This document shows positions 29,034 to 37,931 of a stretch of 64,000 nt of DNA, in pieces. A program made the translations under genes and the position numbers. The DNA lies in the NCBI GenBank assembly GCA_013816595.1, contig JACDEB010000003.1, positions 351 to 64,350 on the forward strand. Reading direction: 5' to 3'. A model generated the notes under the pieces. That model ran no database searches. It saw only the letters and a program-made list of their open reading frames with translations, and was not told the DNA's origin. Origin of the DNA: Sphingomonas sp. (GTDB lineage Bacteria; Pseudomonadota; Alphaproteobacteria; Sphingomonadales; Sphingomonadaceae). Position 1 is the first letter of the stretch. Every line of letters starts with the position of its first letter.

Positions 29034-30025
29034 ACTCCACCGCGCAACGGGTCTATCTCGATGCCTTCCTGGCTCCACTGGCCGACTTTCTGTCGCGGCA
29101 GGATGTCACCGATATCTATATCAATCGTCCCGGCGAAGTGTGGCTGGAGACGGCGTCGGGGACCGAGCGGCATGATGTTCCGTCGCTCGACGACGGTGCG
29201 TTATGGCGGCTTGCGCGCCAGATTGCGGCGGCATCGGACCAGGGCATAAATCGCGAGCATCCGCTCCTTGCGGCGGTCCTACCCGACGGTGCTCGAGCCC
29301 AGTTTTGCGCGCCGCCGGCGACGCGCGGCGACATGGTCGTGGCGATACGCAAGCACAGCATGCCAGACCTCCGGCTCGCCGATTATTTAAAGTCCGGTGC
29401 GTTCGACCGGTTAAGTCAAATGGCAACAGCGCGTGAAGCCGGTGAAGCGGCCTTGGCGGCGCAATTGGATAGCGGCGACACGGTTGGTTTCCTGGCTAAT
29501 GCTGTGCGGCAGCGCAAGACCATCGTCATTTCGGGCGGCACCGGCACAGGAAAAACCACGTTCCTCAACGCGCTCCTCAAGGAAGCGCCCGACGACGAGC
29601 GGTTTGTCGTCATCGAGGATACCCCCGAGATCCAGCTTCATCACGAAAATGCGGTGGGCCTGGTCGCAGTTCGCGGTCGCTTGGGTGAAGCGGCGGTTTC
29701 GCCGGCCGATCTGCTCGAAGCCGCGCTTCGGTTACGCCCCGACCGGATCATCATGGGCGAGATTCGCGGCGCCGAAGCGATCAGCTGGCTGAGGGCGGTT
29801 GGCACTGGTCATCCAGGATCGATTACCACCGTCCACGCCAATTCACCCGACGGCGCGATCGAGCAACTGGCGATCATGTCACTCACGGCCGGAACCGAAC
29901 TCGGCCGAGCCGAACTGGTCGATTACGTCCGAGCGACAGTGGACATCTTTGTCCAGCTTGGTCGGGACGGCGCCGACCGAATCGTGACCGACATCCGCTA
30001 TGATCGTCGAAACCTGCCCAGCTGA
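29030..30025 (+). CDS. virB11: VirB11 ATPase
   Basis: INRPGEVW, Walker A GGTGTGKTT, IEDTPE, LRLRPDRIIMGEIRG, GHPGSITTVHA. Confidence 0.96.
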   Translation: MNSTAQRVYLDAFLAPLADFLSRQDVTDIYINRPGEVWLETASGTERHDVPSLDDGALWRLARQIAAASDQGINREHPLLAAVLPDGARAQFCAPPATRGDMVVAIRKHSMPDLRLADYLKSGAFDRLSQMATAREAGEAALAAQLDSGDTVGFLANAVRQRKTIVISGGTGTGKTTFLNALLKEAPDDERFVVIEDTPEIQLHHENAVGLVAVRGRLGEAAVSPADLLEAALRLRPDRIIMGEIRGAEAISWLRAVGTGHPGSITTVHANSPDGAIEQLAIMSLTAGTELGRAELVDYVRATVDIFVQLGRDGADRIVTDIRYDRRNLPS

Positions 30026-30042
30026 AGCCGGCACCGGCCAGG

Positions 30043-30708
30043 TCAACCCAGCCAATCCGGCAGGTCCCAAAAGTTCGTCGGCTCAGGCTCCAGCAGCGCA
30101 TTCCACGACCACTCGCCCGAGCCGAAGACTAGGAAGAGCGTTCGGTCGCCGTTGGGTATCGGCACCAGGCGGGGTCCTAAAATTGGCGAGGAGAGGCACT
30201 CCGGCGGGGCCATTTGCAGCGTTTCGGTAACATTCGTTCGGACCGCCTTAAGCGGACCTTCCGGTTCCGCTGTGGCAGCGCTCCAGTCGACATTCCAGAT
30301 TACGATGGCGTCGGCGATGGACCGGGTTTCGAGCGGCGCATGGACGATTGCGTCCACCGCTTTTGGGTCACTCACAACTGCCAACGCGACAGAATCCAGA
30401 ACCGAACAATAGTCCGTCGATAGTCCTAAGAGCGCTTGTTCCTCAGCCGAGAAGGGTTCGAATGCAGGTAAGGGATCGGTCAGGGAATTGGCGGACTTGA
30501 TCGTGGGTAACTTGATCGACCGGACATGGCTTGTCTGGGGGGCAATTGAAACCGAGCTCATTCCCGCATCTTTTTGCACTTTGGGCCGGTGTGTGTGGAA
30601 TGAAATCAGTGCCAGTAATGCGGCGAGGTTTAGCGCCGCTCCCAAACCAAGGGAAGCAAACCGCTGTTTGCGAGAAAGCGAGGTGACACTGTCAGATGTA
30701 CGACTCAC
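30043..30708 (-). CDS. Hypothetical protein with N-terminal membrane anchor
   Basis: 221-aa ORF with one TM (LGLGAALNLAALLALISF); downstream of the Crp gene, converging on virB11. Confidence 0.65.
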   Translation of the reverse strand: MSRTSDSVTSLSRKQRFASLGLGAALNLAALLALISFHTHRPKVQKDAGMSSVSIAPQTSHVRSIKLPTIKSANSLTDPLPAFEPFSAEEQALLGLSTDYCSVLDSVALAVVSDPKAVDAIVHAPLETRSIADAIVIWNVDWSAATAEPEGPLKAVRTNVTETLQMAPPECLSSPILGPRLVPIPNGDRTLFLVFGSGEWSWNALLEPEPTNFWDLPDWLG

Positions 30709-30780
30709 AGTTCAGCCCGCCACTTTGAAACGAATAGTGTCGCACGGACTTGGGCTCATGCAAACCGCCTCGCCTCCGCT

Positions 30781-31653
30781 TCAACTCACAAGATCGAGAG
30801 AATTCAAATACTGTCCCTCGAAATTCGCGGTGGCGCACAGCCGTCGCATGTCGAGAATGTTTAGCCGTCGGCGATCAAGCAGGATCACTCCGTCGCGGCG
30901 AAGGCGCTGGAGGGTGCGGTTGATGTGGACGGTGGTTAAGCCGATTGTATCGGCGAGCATCACCTGGTTGACTGGAAAATCGAACCAGCCGTCCTCGCTG
31001 ATCTTTCCGACCTTTTTCAATCTAGCTGCCATTTCGCATAGGAAATGACTGAGCTTTTGTTCGGCCTTCGACTGGCCGGTATTGAGCAGCCATTCGCGCA
31101 TGATGACCGTGTCCAGATGGGCCGAGAGTTGCAGCCCGCGCGTCACGCTCACGCTGGTCGCCACCGAATCGACGAATTTGCGCAGCGGGAATTTGGCAAT
31201 TCGAGAAGGGACTAGAACCGAGACATTATGGTCGGCCCGATCCAATATCGTGAAACTGAGGTCGCAGATATCGCCGGGGACCAAGTAACCGAGGATCTGG
31301 CGATGCCCACCGGGCAGCAATTTGAAGCGATAGGCGAGGCCACTCAAGACGATGAAAATGCAGCCTGGGTTCGATCCTTCCTGGATCAGGTTGTGGTTGG
31401 CCTCGTAGCTCCTCGAATTTCGGCAAAAGCCCTCCAGCATTTCCACTTCGTTGACGTCGAGTTTCACGAACGTCTTCAGTTTCGCGGCGAGCGGTCCCCA
31501 GATGCCCGCGTCAGGTCGATAGTCGACGTTCGCATTAGCGGCATTGGTCCGATCGCCGGCCAACCGAATATCATCGCTCTCAGCGAACGACGCGCCGATC
31601 CGCGGCGCTGACGAAGCGACAAGCAACGACGTCGAACTTAGGTAGCGCAGCAT
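30781..31653 (-). CDS. Crp/Fnr family transcriptional regulator
   Basis: LIQEG, SGLAYRFK..GHRQI..PGD, HTH NQVMLADTIGLTTVHINRTLQRLR; start uncertain. Confidence 0.9.
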   Translation of the reverse strand: MLRYLSSTSLLVASSAPRIGASFAESDDIRLAGDRTNAANANVDYRPDAGIWGPLAAKLKTFVKLDVNEVEMLEGFCRNSRSYEANHNLIQEGSNPGCIFIVLSGLAYRFKLLPGGHRQILGYLVPGDICDLSFTILDRADHNVSVLVPSRIAKFPLRKFVDSVATSVSVTRGLQLSAHLDTVIMREWLLNTGQSKAEQKLSHFLCEMAARLKKVGKISEDGWFDFPVNQVMLADTIGLTTVHINRTLQRLRRDGVILLDRRRLNILDMRRLCATANFEGQYLNSLDLVS

Positions 31654-31907
31654 ACCCTTCGCCTCGCAATTCCAGGAAAACAAATGGAATTAAAGGGCTA
31701 GATACGATGCTGAATGCATCTCGGATGCAGCTTCAGCGTTTCAATTCGCCGCGGTCTATGGGCCGGCTTCGAGCTTTTCATCGAGAACGACTGTGTCGGG
31801 GCAATGAAGGAGAGTGGGCTCAGCTTAAATCGCCATCCCTTTTGGATGCCAATCCGGAGCGGCCGGTCTACTACGCTTATCTCTCTTCTTATCTCGTCGT
31901 GACTGAC

Positions 31908-31942
31908 TGGCGGTGGAAGCAGTCATCAGCGAACCGCTCTCT
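31908..31942 (-). other. Degenerate tRNA-3'-end-like sequence (possible att scar / element boundary)
   Basis: Minus strand reads GAGAGCGGTTCGCTGATGACTGCTTCCACCGCCA (GGTTCG ... CCGCCA); no 5' tRNA half. Confidence 0.45.
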
Positions 31943-32307
31943 GCAGATGTTCCCTGGTTGCAGCGAAATCAGCAAGGAAATTGATCCGGGTTAGGCCTAC
32001 ACTGATAGTCTACTCTCCTTGCATCCGGCCTTGGGGTGGCAGATTTAAGGCAATATCTCGCGGTGATGCAGCAAGGAAATAAAGAAGGGGAGCAGGGAAT
32101 TTTTAACGATCAACTTTCGCTTCTCTAATATTCCAATCCCTCTGGGTTTCGCCCGGACACATTTGTCCCCTTAGCGCTCCACTCGGCCATAGGGGCCTTT
32201 GAACATCCACCCCGAAAGGCGCCTCTCAGGTAGATGCGGATCGCGGCACTTCTACGTTCCGATAACTCGCCGGAGGTTCTCCGAATCGTCGACGTAGATT
32301 GCCCCGC

Positions 32308-33606
32308 CTATAACTTCATCTCTCCCGCTTCTCTGGCTTGTTCCGCGTCTTCGACTTCCTTTGAGAACATGCGCCAGCTGCCGCGGACCTGCGGGATGTG
32401 GCGCTCTAGAATTAGGCTGTCGATCTCGCCGTCGGGCGGCATTCGAAACTCTGGTCGCACGCTGCATGGCCGATCAGCGGCCTCCCTGATGCGCTTGCTT
32501 GATCCGACAATCTTCTCATGCTGCGCCGGTGTCAGTGCGGGCATCGGCTTCCTCGGCTTACGCCAGTCTGGCCGGAATGTGTCCCACAGCGTCGCGCATA
32601 TTCCGTCGCTGTCCGTGGGCGGCCGGCTTGCGAGGAGGAACAGGCCCTTGCCCTTCTCGTCGTCCGGCAGCGCCAGAAAGTGCGCGTTTAGCGAGGCGAG
32701 ATCCTGCTTGAGGTCAGGTCCCCATAAGAAGCGCTGTTTCGGGCCGAGGAATTGTTCCGCCGTCGTGCGGTGCAGGCGGTCCCCCGACACGAACAGATCG
32801 GTGAACGGCAGATAGTAGAGGTACGCGATGTCGATCCGGTTGCTGGCGCGCTGGTCGGAGATAATGCCGTTCGACAGCGCGAGGTAGAAGTAAAGGTCGA
32901 TCTCGAGGCAATGCGCGGCGAAGGGTGCATGCTCGCGCAAGGGCTTTGATCCAGCTCGGCGCCACGCAGACACAACGTCCGGTAGGGACCGGGGCGGCAT
33001 TCCCAGCACACTATGCGCGATGTGAAGAGACTTATAGCTTTGGCCAGGGCTGTCGACGATCGCCTTGGCGAGGTCGCGCGCCGCGACGTGGTTGCGCGGC
33101 CTGCCCTCTTTCCGGAGCATCGCCTTGAACGCCTGCGCAATTCCAGGGAGGTCAAAATTACCGAGTGCGGCCCGCCAAGCATGGGCAGCGATGCGCTCGA
33201 CCTCGAGGAAACGGCCTTGCTGCCACCGCTCGAACGCCTCGGCCTCGGGCGACTTCTTGTAGACGATCCCGACTTTACCCTCCACGCGCACGGGAATGCC
33301 CCCGGCGACCACCGGTCGGCCGTCCATGCCGACTGTTCCTCCGAAGAGCTCGTCCAAAACAAGGCGGTTGTGGAACGTGTTCATGTAGCTGTGGGCGACC
33401 GGCGTTCGCTCGGCTAGGCCGCCGACGATCTGCGCGGGCGTGCGTCCCCCCTCCGGCTCCTTGGCGAGGTCGGCCATCGTCTCCGCTAAGAACAGCGGTG
33501 AGACGACGCATGAGAACATTTGGTCGAGCATGGCGGCCTCATCGACGCTTAGACTCTGCAAGAACGATTTATCGAAGAGGAGCAGCGGTCCCATTGGGGT
33601 TGGCAT
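32308..33606 (-). CDS. Hypothetical protein, PIN-like fold suspected
   Basis: 432-aa ORF; N-terminal LLFDKSFL, helix ETMADL, late DIAYLYYLP..FVSGDRLH; acidic residues spaced as in PIN nucleases. Confidence 0.7.
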   Translation of the reverse strand: MPTPMGPLLLFDKSFLQSLSVDEAAMLDQMFSCVVSPLFLAETMADLAKEPEGGRTPAQIVGGLAERTPVAHSYMNTFHNRLVLDELFGGTVGMDGRPVVAGGIPVRVEGKVGIVYKKSPEAEAFERWQQGRFLEVERIAAHAWRAALGNFDLPGIAQAFKAMLRKEGRPRNHVAARDLAKAIVDSPGQSYKSLHIAHSVLGMPPRSLPDVVSAWRRAGSKPLREHAPFAAHCLEIDLYFYLALSNGIISDQRASNRIDIAYLYYLPFTDLFVSGDRLHRTTAEQFLGPKQRFLWGPDLKQDLASLNAHFLALPDDEKGKGLFLLASRPPTDSDGICATLWDTFRPDWRKPRKPMPALTPAQHEKIVGSSKRIREAADRPCSVRPEFRMPPDGEIDSLILERHIPQVRGSWRMFSKEVEDAEQAREAGEMKL

Positions 33607-33733
33607 ACCATCGCTGATTCTAAGTGACTATCTGGGGCTGCGCAGAGCGTCTTCTGGCTGCTCTGGCGGGCAGCCGTGCCGCTGGTGCAGCTTCAACCTA
33701 AAGGGCCGCTCGGCCCGCAGACGCATTCCGTCG

Positions 33734-33930
33734 ATTATCGGCTTGAGCAAGCCTTCGGGTTGGATGCTTCGGCAACGTCCGCTTTTACGGGTCGATCATC
33801 CGAAACCCGCCAGTCGGGTATCGGCTATAAACCGCTGGCCACGGTTTCGGGCCAAGCCCCCAAACGGATTTGCCGCCCTGTGGGGATTTAAGCCCAACGC
33901 CGTCAGGAGTTCTGCGATTAAGCCGATAAT
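33734..33930 (+). ncRNA. Candidate structured non-coding element upstream of the ParB-MTase operon
   Basis: 11-bp terminal inverted repeat ATTATCGGCTT/AAGCCGATAAT enclosing hairpins, two with C-TTCG-G loops. Confidence 0.35.
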
Positions 33931-33971
33931 TTGGTAATACTAGGGACAGTTTCGTCCCTGGGAGGACGATC

Positions 33972-35351
33972 ATGTCACATCTAGATGAAAGTGAGCGGCT
34001 CGGCGCAATGGCTGTCGAGTACGTCGCTCACAAAGCCCTTGTACCGGATTCACGCAACACCCGCAAGCATCCCAAGGCGCAGCTGGTCAAGCTTGAAGCG
34101 TCGATCCGTGAGTTCGGCTTCAACGCACCAATCCTAATCGACGAGGACAATAAGGTCATCGCAGGCCACGCTCGGCTCGTCGTCGCTCAAGCGCTGGGAA
34201 TGGGGTCAATTCCCTGCGTCCGCGTCACCCATTTATCGGCCGTGCAAAGACGCGCACTTTCGATCGCTGATAACCGAATAGCCGAGCAGGCCGAGTGGGA
34301 TCCTGAGGCGCTGAAGGCCGAGTTCGCGGCCCTCTGCACAATGGAATTCCCGTTAGAACTCACTGGGTTTGCTACAGCAGAAATCGACATCATCCTCGAC
34401 GCGCCGCTGGTCACCATGTCGCCGACGTCTGATCCGGCCGACGTATTCGCCCCACCCGATCGCAGTGCACCCGCTGCGAGCCTGCCGGGCGATTGCTGGC
34501 TGCTCGGCAATCATCGGCTCTACTGCGGCAATGCCTTGGAGTTACAATCCTACGAGGAAGTCTTGGGCGGACACCGCGCGGCAATGGTGATCACCGACCC
34601 TCCCTTCAATGTTTCGATTCAGGGTCATGTATCAGGCCTGGGCAAGGCGGCTCATCGCGAGTTTGCAATGGCGTCGGGCGAAATGTCCCCAGACGAATTC
34701 ACCAATTTCCTGCGCCAAGCAATGGACCTGATGGTCCGTTTCAGCACCGACGGGTCGATCCATTTCATATTCATGGACTGGCGGCACATTCGGGAGATCA
34801 CGACGGCCGGCGCGGCGGCCTACTCTGAATTCAAGGCGCTGTGCGTCTGGAACAAGACGAATGGCGGCATGGGCTCTTTGTATCGGTCGAAGCACGAGCT
34901 GGTGTTCGTATACAAGAACGGCACCGCGCCACACTGCAACAATGTCCAACTCGGCAAGTATGGAAGATATCGCACCAACGTTTGGGACTATGCCGGCGCA
35001 AACGCGTTTGGCCGTGATCGTGATACGGATCTTGCATCCCACCCGACCACGAAGAGTGTGGCGCTAATTGCCGACGCCATCCGCGATTGTTCGAAGCGCG
35101 GCGACGTTATCCTCGACCCGTTTGCCGGATCGGGGACAATTCTGCTCGCGGCTGAGCGAACCGGGCGCAAGGCGGCAGCGATCGAACTCGATCCCCATTA
35201 CGTCGATACCGCCATCAAGCGCTGGCAGGAGGCCGTAGGCGCGCAGGCGACCTTGTCGAACACCGGGCAGACGTTTGCGGAAGTTACGGTGGACCGTGGA
35301 AGAAATGCCATCCCACCCTCTGCCTTGCATGGGGAGGCGGACGATGACTGA
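33972..35351 (+). CDS. ParB-N domain fused to N6/N4 DNA methyltransferase (beta order)
   Basis: ParB/Srx: SIREFGFNAPILID..IAGHARL..ADNR; MTase motif IV TDPPF precedes motif I LDPFAGSGT; GGAGG RBS. Confidence 0.93.
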   Translation: MSHLDESERLGAMAVEYVAHKALVPDSRNTRKHPKAQLVKLEASIREFGFNAPILIDEDNKVIAGHARLVVAQALGMGSIPCVRVTHLSAVQRRALSIADNRIAEQAEWDPEALKAEFAALCTMEFPLELTGFATAEIDIILDAPLVTMSPTSDPADVFAPPDRSAPAASLPGDCWLLGNHRLYCGNALELQSYEEVLGGHRAAMVITDPPFNVSIQGHVSGLGKAAHREFAMASGEMSPDEFTNFLRQAMDLMVRFSTDGSIHFIFMDWRHIREITTAGAAAYSEFKALCVWNKTNGGMGSLYRSKHELVFVYKNGTAPHCNNVQLGKYGRYRTNVWDYAGANAFGRDRDTDLASHPTTKSVALIADAIRDCSKRGDVILDPFAGSGTILLAAERTGRKAAAIELDPHYVDTAIKRWQEAVGAQATLSNTGQTFAEVTVDRGRNAIPPSALHGEADDD

Positions 35352-35721
35352 GGGCACAGGCTACAAGCGGCCGCCGGTCGCGTCCCGGTGGAAGAAGGGC
35401 CAATCCGGCAATCCCAGCGGCCGCAAGCGCGGTAAGCTGAATCTGCGTACCGATCTCATCGCCGAGCTCGAGGAGGTCATCCAGATCAACGAGGGCGGCT
35501 CGGCCCGTCGAATAACGAAGCAGCGAGCATTGCTGAAGTCGCTCGCGGCTCGGGGCATCCAGGGCGACGCACGCGCGGCAAATCTGATCCTCAGTCTGAT
35601 CTCCCGGCTCCTAGAGCCAGATGAGCAATCGGCGATCCCCGAGGAAATGGGCCCGGAAGATAAGGCCATCCTCGACGCCTATTTGACCAAACATCTCAAG
35701 AATAAGGATTCATCGAAATGA
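35344..35721 (+). CDS. DUF5681 domain protein (small-terminase position)
   Basis: GYKRPP..RWKKGQSGNPSGR signature; overlaps both the MTase and terL genes. Confidence 0.85.
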   Translation: MTEGTGYKRPPVASRWKKGQSGNPSGRKRGKLNLRTDLIAELEEVIQINEGGSARRITKQRALLKSLAARGIQGDARAANLILSLISRLLEPDEQSAIPEEMGPEDKAILDAYLTKHLKNKDSSK

Positions 35722-37190
35722 ACCAGCCTTTTCAGCCGCTTGATGCGGCACTGCGCTCCCACCTTCCCTCGTTCACCCGCAAAGTTTTTCGGGAGCTCAG
35801 CCCGGGGACGCAATTCGATGACAATTGGCACATCGATGCGCTGCTTCACCAGCTCGAGCTGACGAGGACCGGCGACACCAGGCGACTTATCATCAATGTG
35901 CCGCCGCGGTCCTTGAAGTCGATTTGCGCTTCGGTCGCATTGCCTGCGTTCATCCTCGGGCACAATCCGGCTGCCCGCATAATCTGCGTTTCATACGCGC
36001 AGCCGCTCGCCGCGAAACTGTCCCGCGACTTTCGGAAAGTGCTCGGCAGCGCATGGTATCGACGCATATTCCCGGGAACGATCGTGTCCAAGGACACCGA
36101 GGACGAGATCGAAACGACCAAAGGGGGAGGCCGCCTCGCGACATCCATCGGCGGTGTCGTGACTGGCCTGGGGGGCGATTTCCTCATCATCGATGATCCG
36201 ATGAAACCGGAGGAGGCATGGTCTGAAACGACCCGGGACCGTGTGAACCGCTATTATCGCGAAACCCTCACCGCGCGCCTGGACAGCAAGCTGAACGGCG
36301 TAATCATTATCGTGATGCAACGGCTGCATGACGAAGATCTCGCCGGACACGAACTTCGCGAGCATCCCGACCGCTGGACCCATCTCAACCTGCCAGCGAT
36401 CAACGACACGGACAGATTGATCCAGCTGGGCGCCGGCCGGACACATCAGTGGAGAGCTGGCGAACTCCTCCACCCGCTGCGCGAACCTCAGTCGGTGCTG
36501 GATGACCTCCGCGCCGATTTGGGAAGTCTGGCGTTTGAATCGCAGTGGCTGCAAGCGCCAACCCCGGACGGTGGTCACATGGTGAAGAAGGAGCATATTC
36601 ACCTGTATCAGCGAGGGCTGAATCTCGCTGCCGGCCAGATTGTTCAATCGTGGGACACCGCGCTCAAAGGCGACCCGTCAAGCAACTATTCGGTATGCAC
36701 TACCTGGTTTCGGCGCGGACCCGATCATTTCCTCCTGGATGTATACCGAAAGCAGGTCACGTTCCCCGAGCTGCTGAACGCCGCCAAGGACCTTTACCAG
36801 ACCCATCGGCCCGAGGCAGTTCTGATCGAGGACGTTGGCTCGGGGATGTCTCTGATCCAGCAGCTCCGGGCGGAGACAAGTGTCCCCGCAATCGGCATAA
36901 AACCGAAGTTGGACAAAGAGACGAGGTTATCGACAGTCCTGCCCATGTTCGAAGCAAAGCAAGTCTGGCTGCCCGAGGAAGCGAGTTGGCTGCCTACGCT
37001 TCTCCAGGAGCTGCATGGCTTCCCGCTGGCAAAGCATAACGACCAAGTCGACAGCATAACTCAATATCTAAGCTGGGCCCGGGATCGATCCTACGGGACA
37101 TTCTCCTGTGACTGGGGTCACCGCCCCGCCCGCCTGGACGAGGCACAGCACGAGCCTCTTTGGCATCCGAAATACACTCCGTTCCGATAA
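35718..37190 (+). CDS. Phage terminase large subunit
   Basis: LIINVPPRSLKS (Walker A), LIIDDP (Walker B), VMQRLH, nuclease QSWDTA, IED, HNDQVDS. Confidence 0.93.
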   Translation: MNQPFQPLDAALRSHLPSFTRKVFRELSPGTQFDDNWHIDALLHQLELTRTGDTRRLIINVPPRSLKSICASVALPAFILGHNPAARIICVSYAQPLAAKLSRDFRKVLGSAWYRRIFPGTIVSKDTEDEIETTKGGGRLATSIGGVVTGLGGDFLIIDDPMKPEEAWSETTRDRVNRYYRETLTARLDSKLNGVIIIVMQRLHDEDLAGHELREHPDRWTHLNLPAINDTDRLIQLGAGRTHQWRAGELLHPLREPQSVLDDLRADLGSLAFESQWLQAPTPDGGHMVKKEHIHLYQRGLNLAAGQIVQSWDTALKGDPSSNYSVCTTWFRRGPDHFLLDVYRKQVTFPELLNAAKDLYQTHRPEAVLIEDVGSGMSLIQQLRAETSVPAIGIKPKLDKETRLSTVLPMFEAKQVWLPEEASWLPTLLQELHGFPLAKHNDQVDSITQYLSWARDRSYGTFSCDWGHRPARLDEAQHEPLWHPKYTPFR

Positions 37191-37205
37191 GTGATCGCAA
37201 TTGCG

Positions 37206-37241
37206 CCCGGAGCGAGACGGAAGCCCGTCTGTCGCTCCGGG
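37206..37241. terminator. Hairpin between convergent terL and XRE genes
   Basis: CCCGGAGCGA-GACGG-AAGC-CCGTC-TG-TCGCTCCGGG. Confidence 0.65.
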
Positions 37242-37242
37242 T

Positions 37243-37446
37243 TCAGGCAAGCAATTCTGACGCTGGCACCTCTAACGGTTTCGCCAGCTTCTCGAGCACG
37301 AGTATCGAGGGATTTCTCGCTCCGCGCTCAAGGTCCGAGATATAGGTCCGGTGCACGCCGGCCTCGAACGCGAAGCGTTCCTGAGACCAGCCGCGCTTCG
37401 CTCGCAGTCGTTTGAGGTTCAGACCGAGCCGCTGTCGAATATCCAC
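37243..37446 (-). CDS. XRE family regulator resembling R-M controller (C) proteins
   Basis: LKRLRAKRGWSQERFAFEAGVHRTYISDLERGARNPSI; GTG start at 37446. Confidence 0.9.
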   Translation of the reverse strand: MDIRQRLGLNLKRLRAKRGWSQERFAFEAGVHRTYISDLERGARNPSILVLEKLAKPLEVPASELLA

Positions 37447-37464
37447 CGCGGCATGAAGCTCGAT

Positions 37465-37549
37465 TGTAGACGATCCATCTACAGACAATCAGTGACAATT
37501 GCGTTGACTTCTGTGCCCGGATGACCGCCAATGATGTCACTGATTGTCT
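37465..37549. promoter_or_regulatory. Operator-like inverted repeats in the divergent XRE promoter
   Basis: Perfect 15-bp IR AGACAATCAGTGACA (37483-37497) / TGTCACTGATTGTCT (37535-37549); also TGTAGA-N7-TCTACA (37465-37483). Confidence 0.65.
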
Positions 37550-37564
37550 ACATGGGGACGTCGA

Positions 37565-37873
37565 ATGAGATTTCCGGTGCTTGCGCTTATGGCGGTGCTT
37601 GGCCCGCTGCCTGCCGGCTGCGTTTCAATGGGCCCCAACTATGACCCAGCAGTAGTCGAGAGCTTGCGGCCTGGAATGGATCGAAGCGAGGTAATTGCGC
37701 TTCTTGGCCGGCCGACCTCACGAGCAGTGCTCGCAGATGGAAGCCAGCAGCTGATGTGGGTCCACTCGAAGGGCTCAATGTTCGGCGCGACCGCGCGATC
37801 GGTTATTCTCATTTTCGGCCCGGACGGCAAATATCTGCGGCTGCTCAGCGAAGCAGAAACCAACCTTCGCTGA
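37565..37873 (+). CDS. SmpA/OmlA (BamE-like) domain lipoprotein
   Basis: Lipobox-like PAGC, LRPGMDRSEVIALLGRP. Confidence 0.78.
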   Translation: MRFPVLALMAVLGPLPAGCVSMGPNYDPAVVESLRPGMDRSEVIALLGRPTSRAVLADGSQQLMWVHSKGSMFGATARSVILIFGPDGKYLRLLSEAETNLR

Positions 37874-37931
37874 CCGCGGATCGCGCAAGTAGCTCCACGA
37901 AAATTTTTCTCCCATTGAACCGGAGTGCGTG

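Noticed and set aside
21732-30025. Conjugative ICE or plasmid transfer region
   Set aside because: No relaxase, coupling protein, integrase or replication gene recognisable in the window; cannot be excluded in trans
31908-31942. Functional tRNA gene
   Set aside because: Only a distorted 3' part; no D-arm or anticodon arm
33734-33930. Retron msr-msd
   Set aside because: Inverted repeats are present but there is no reverse transcriptase in the window
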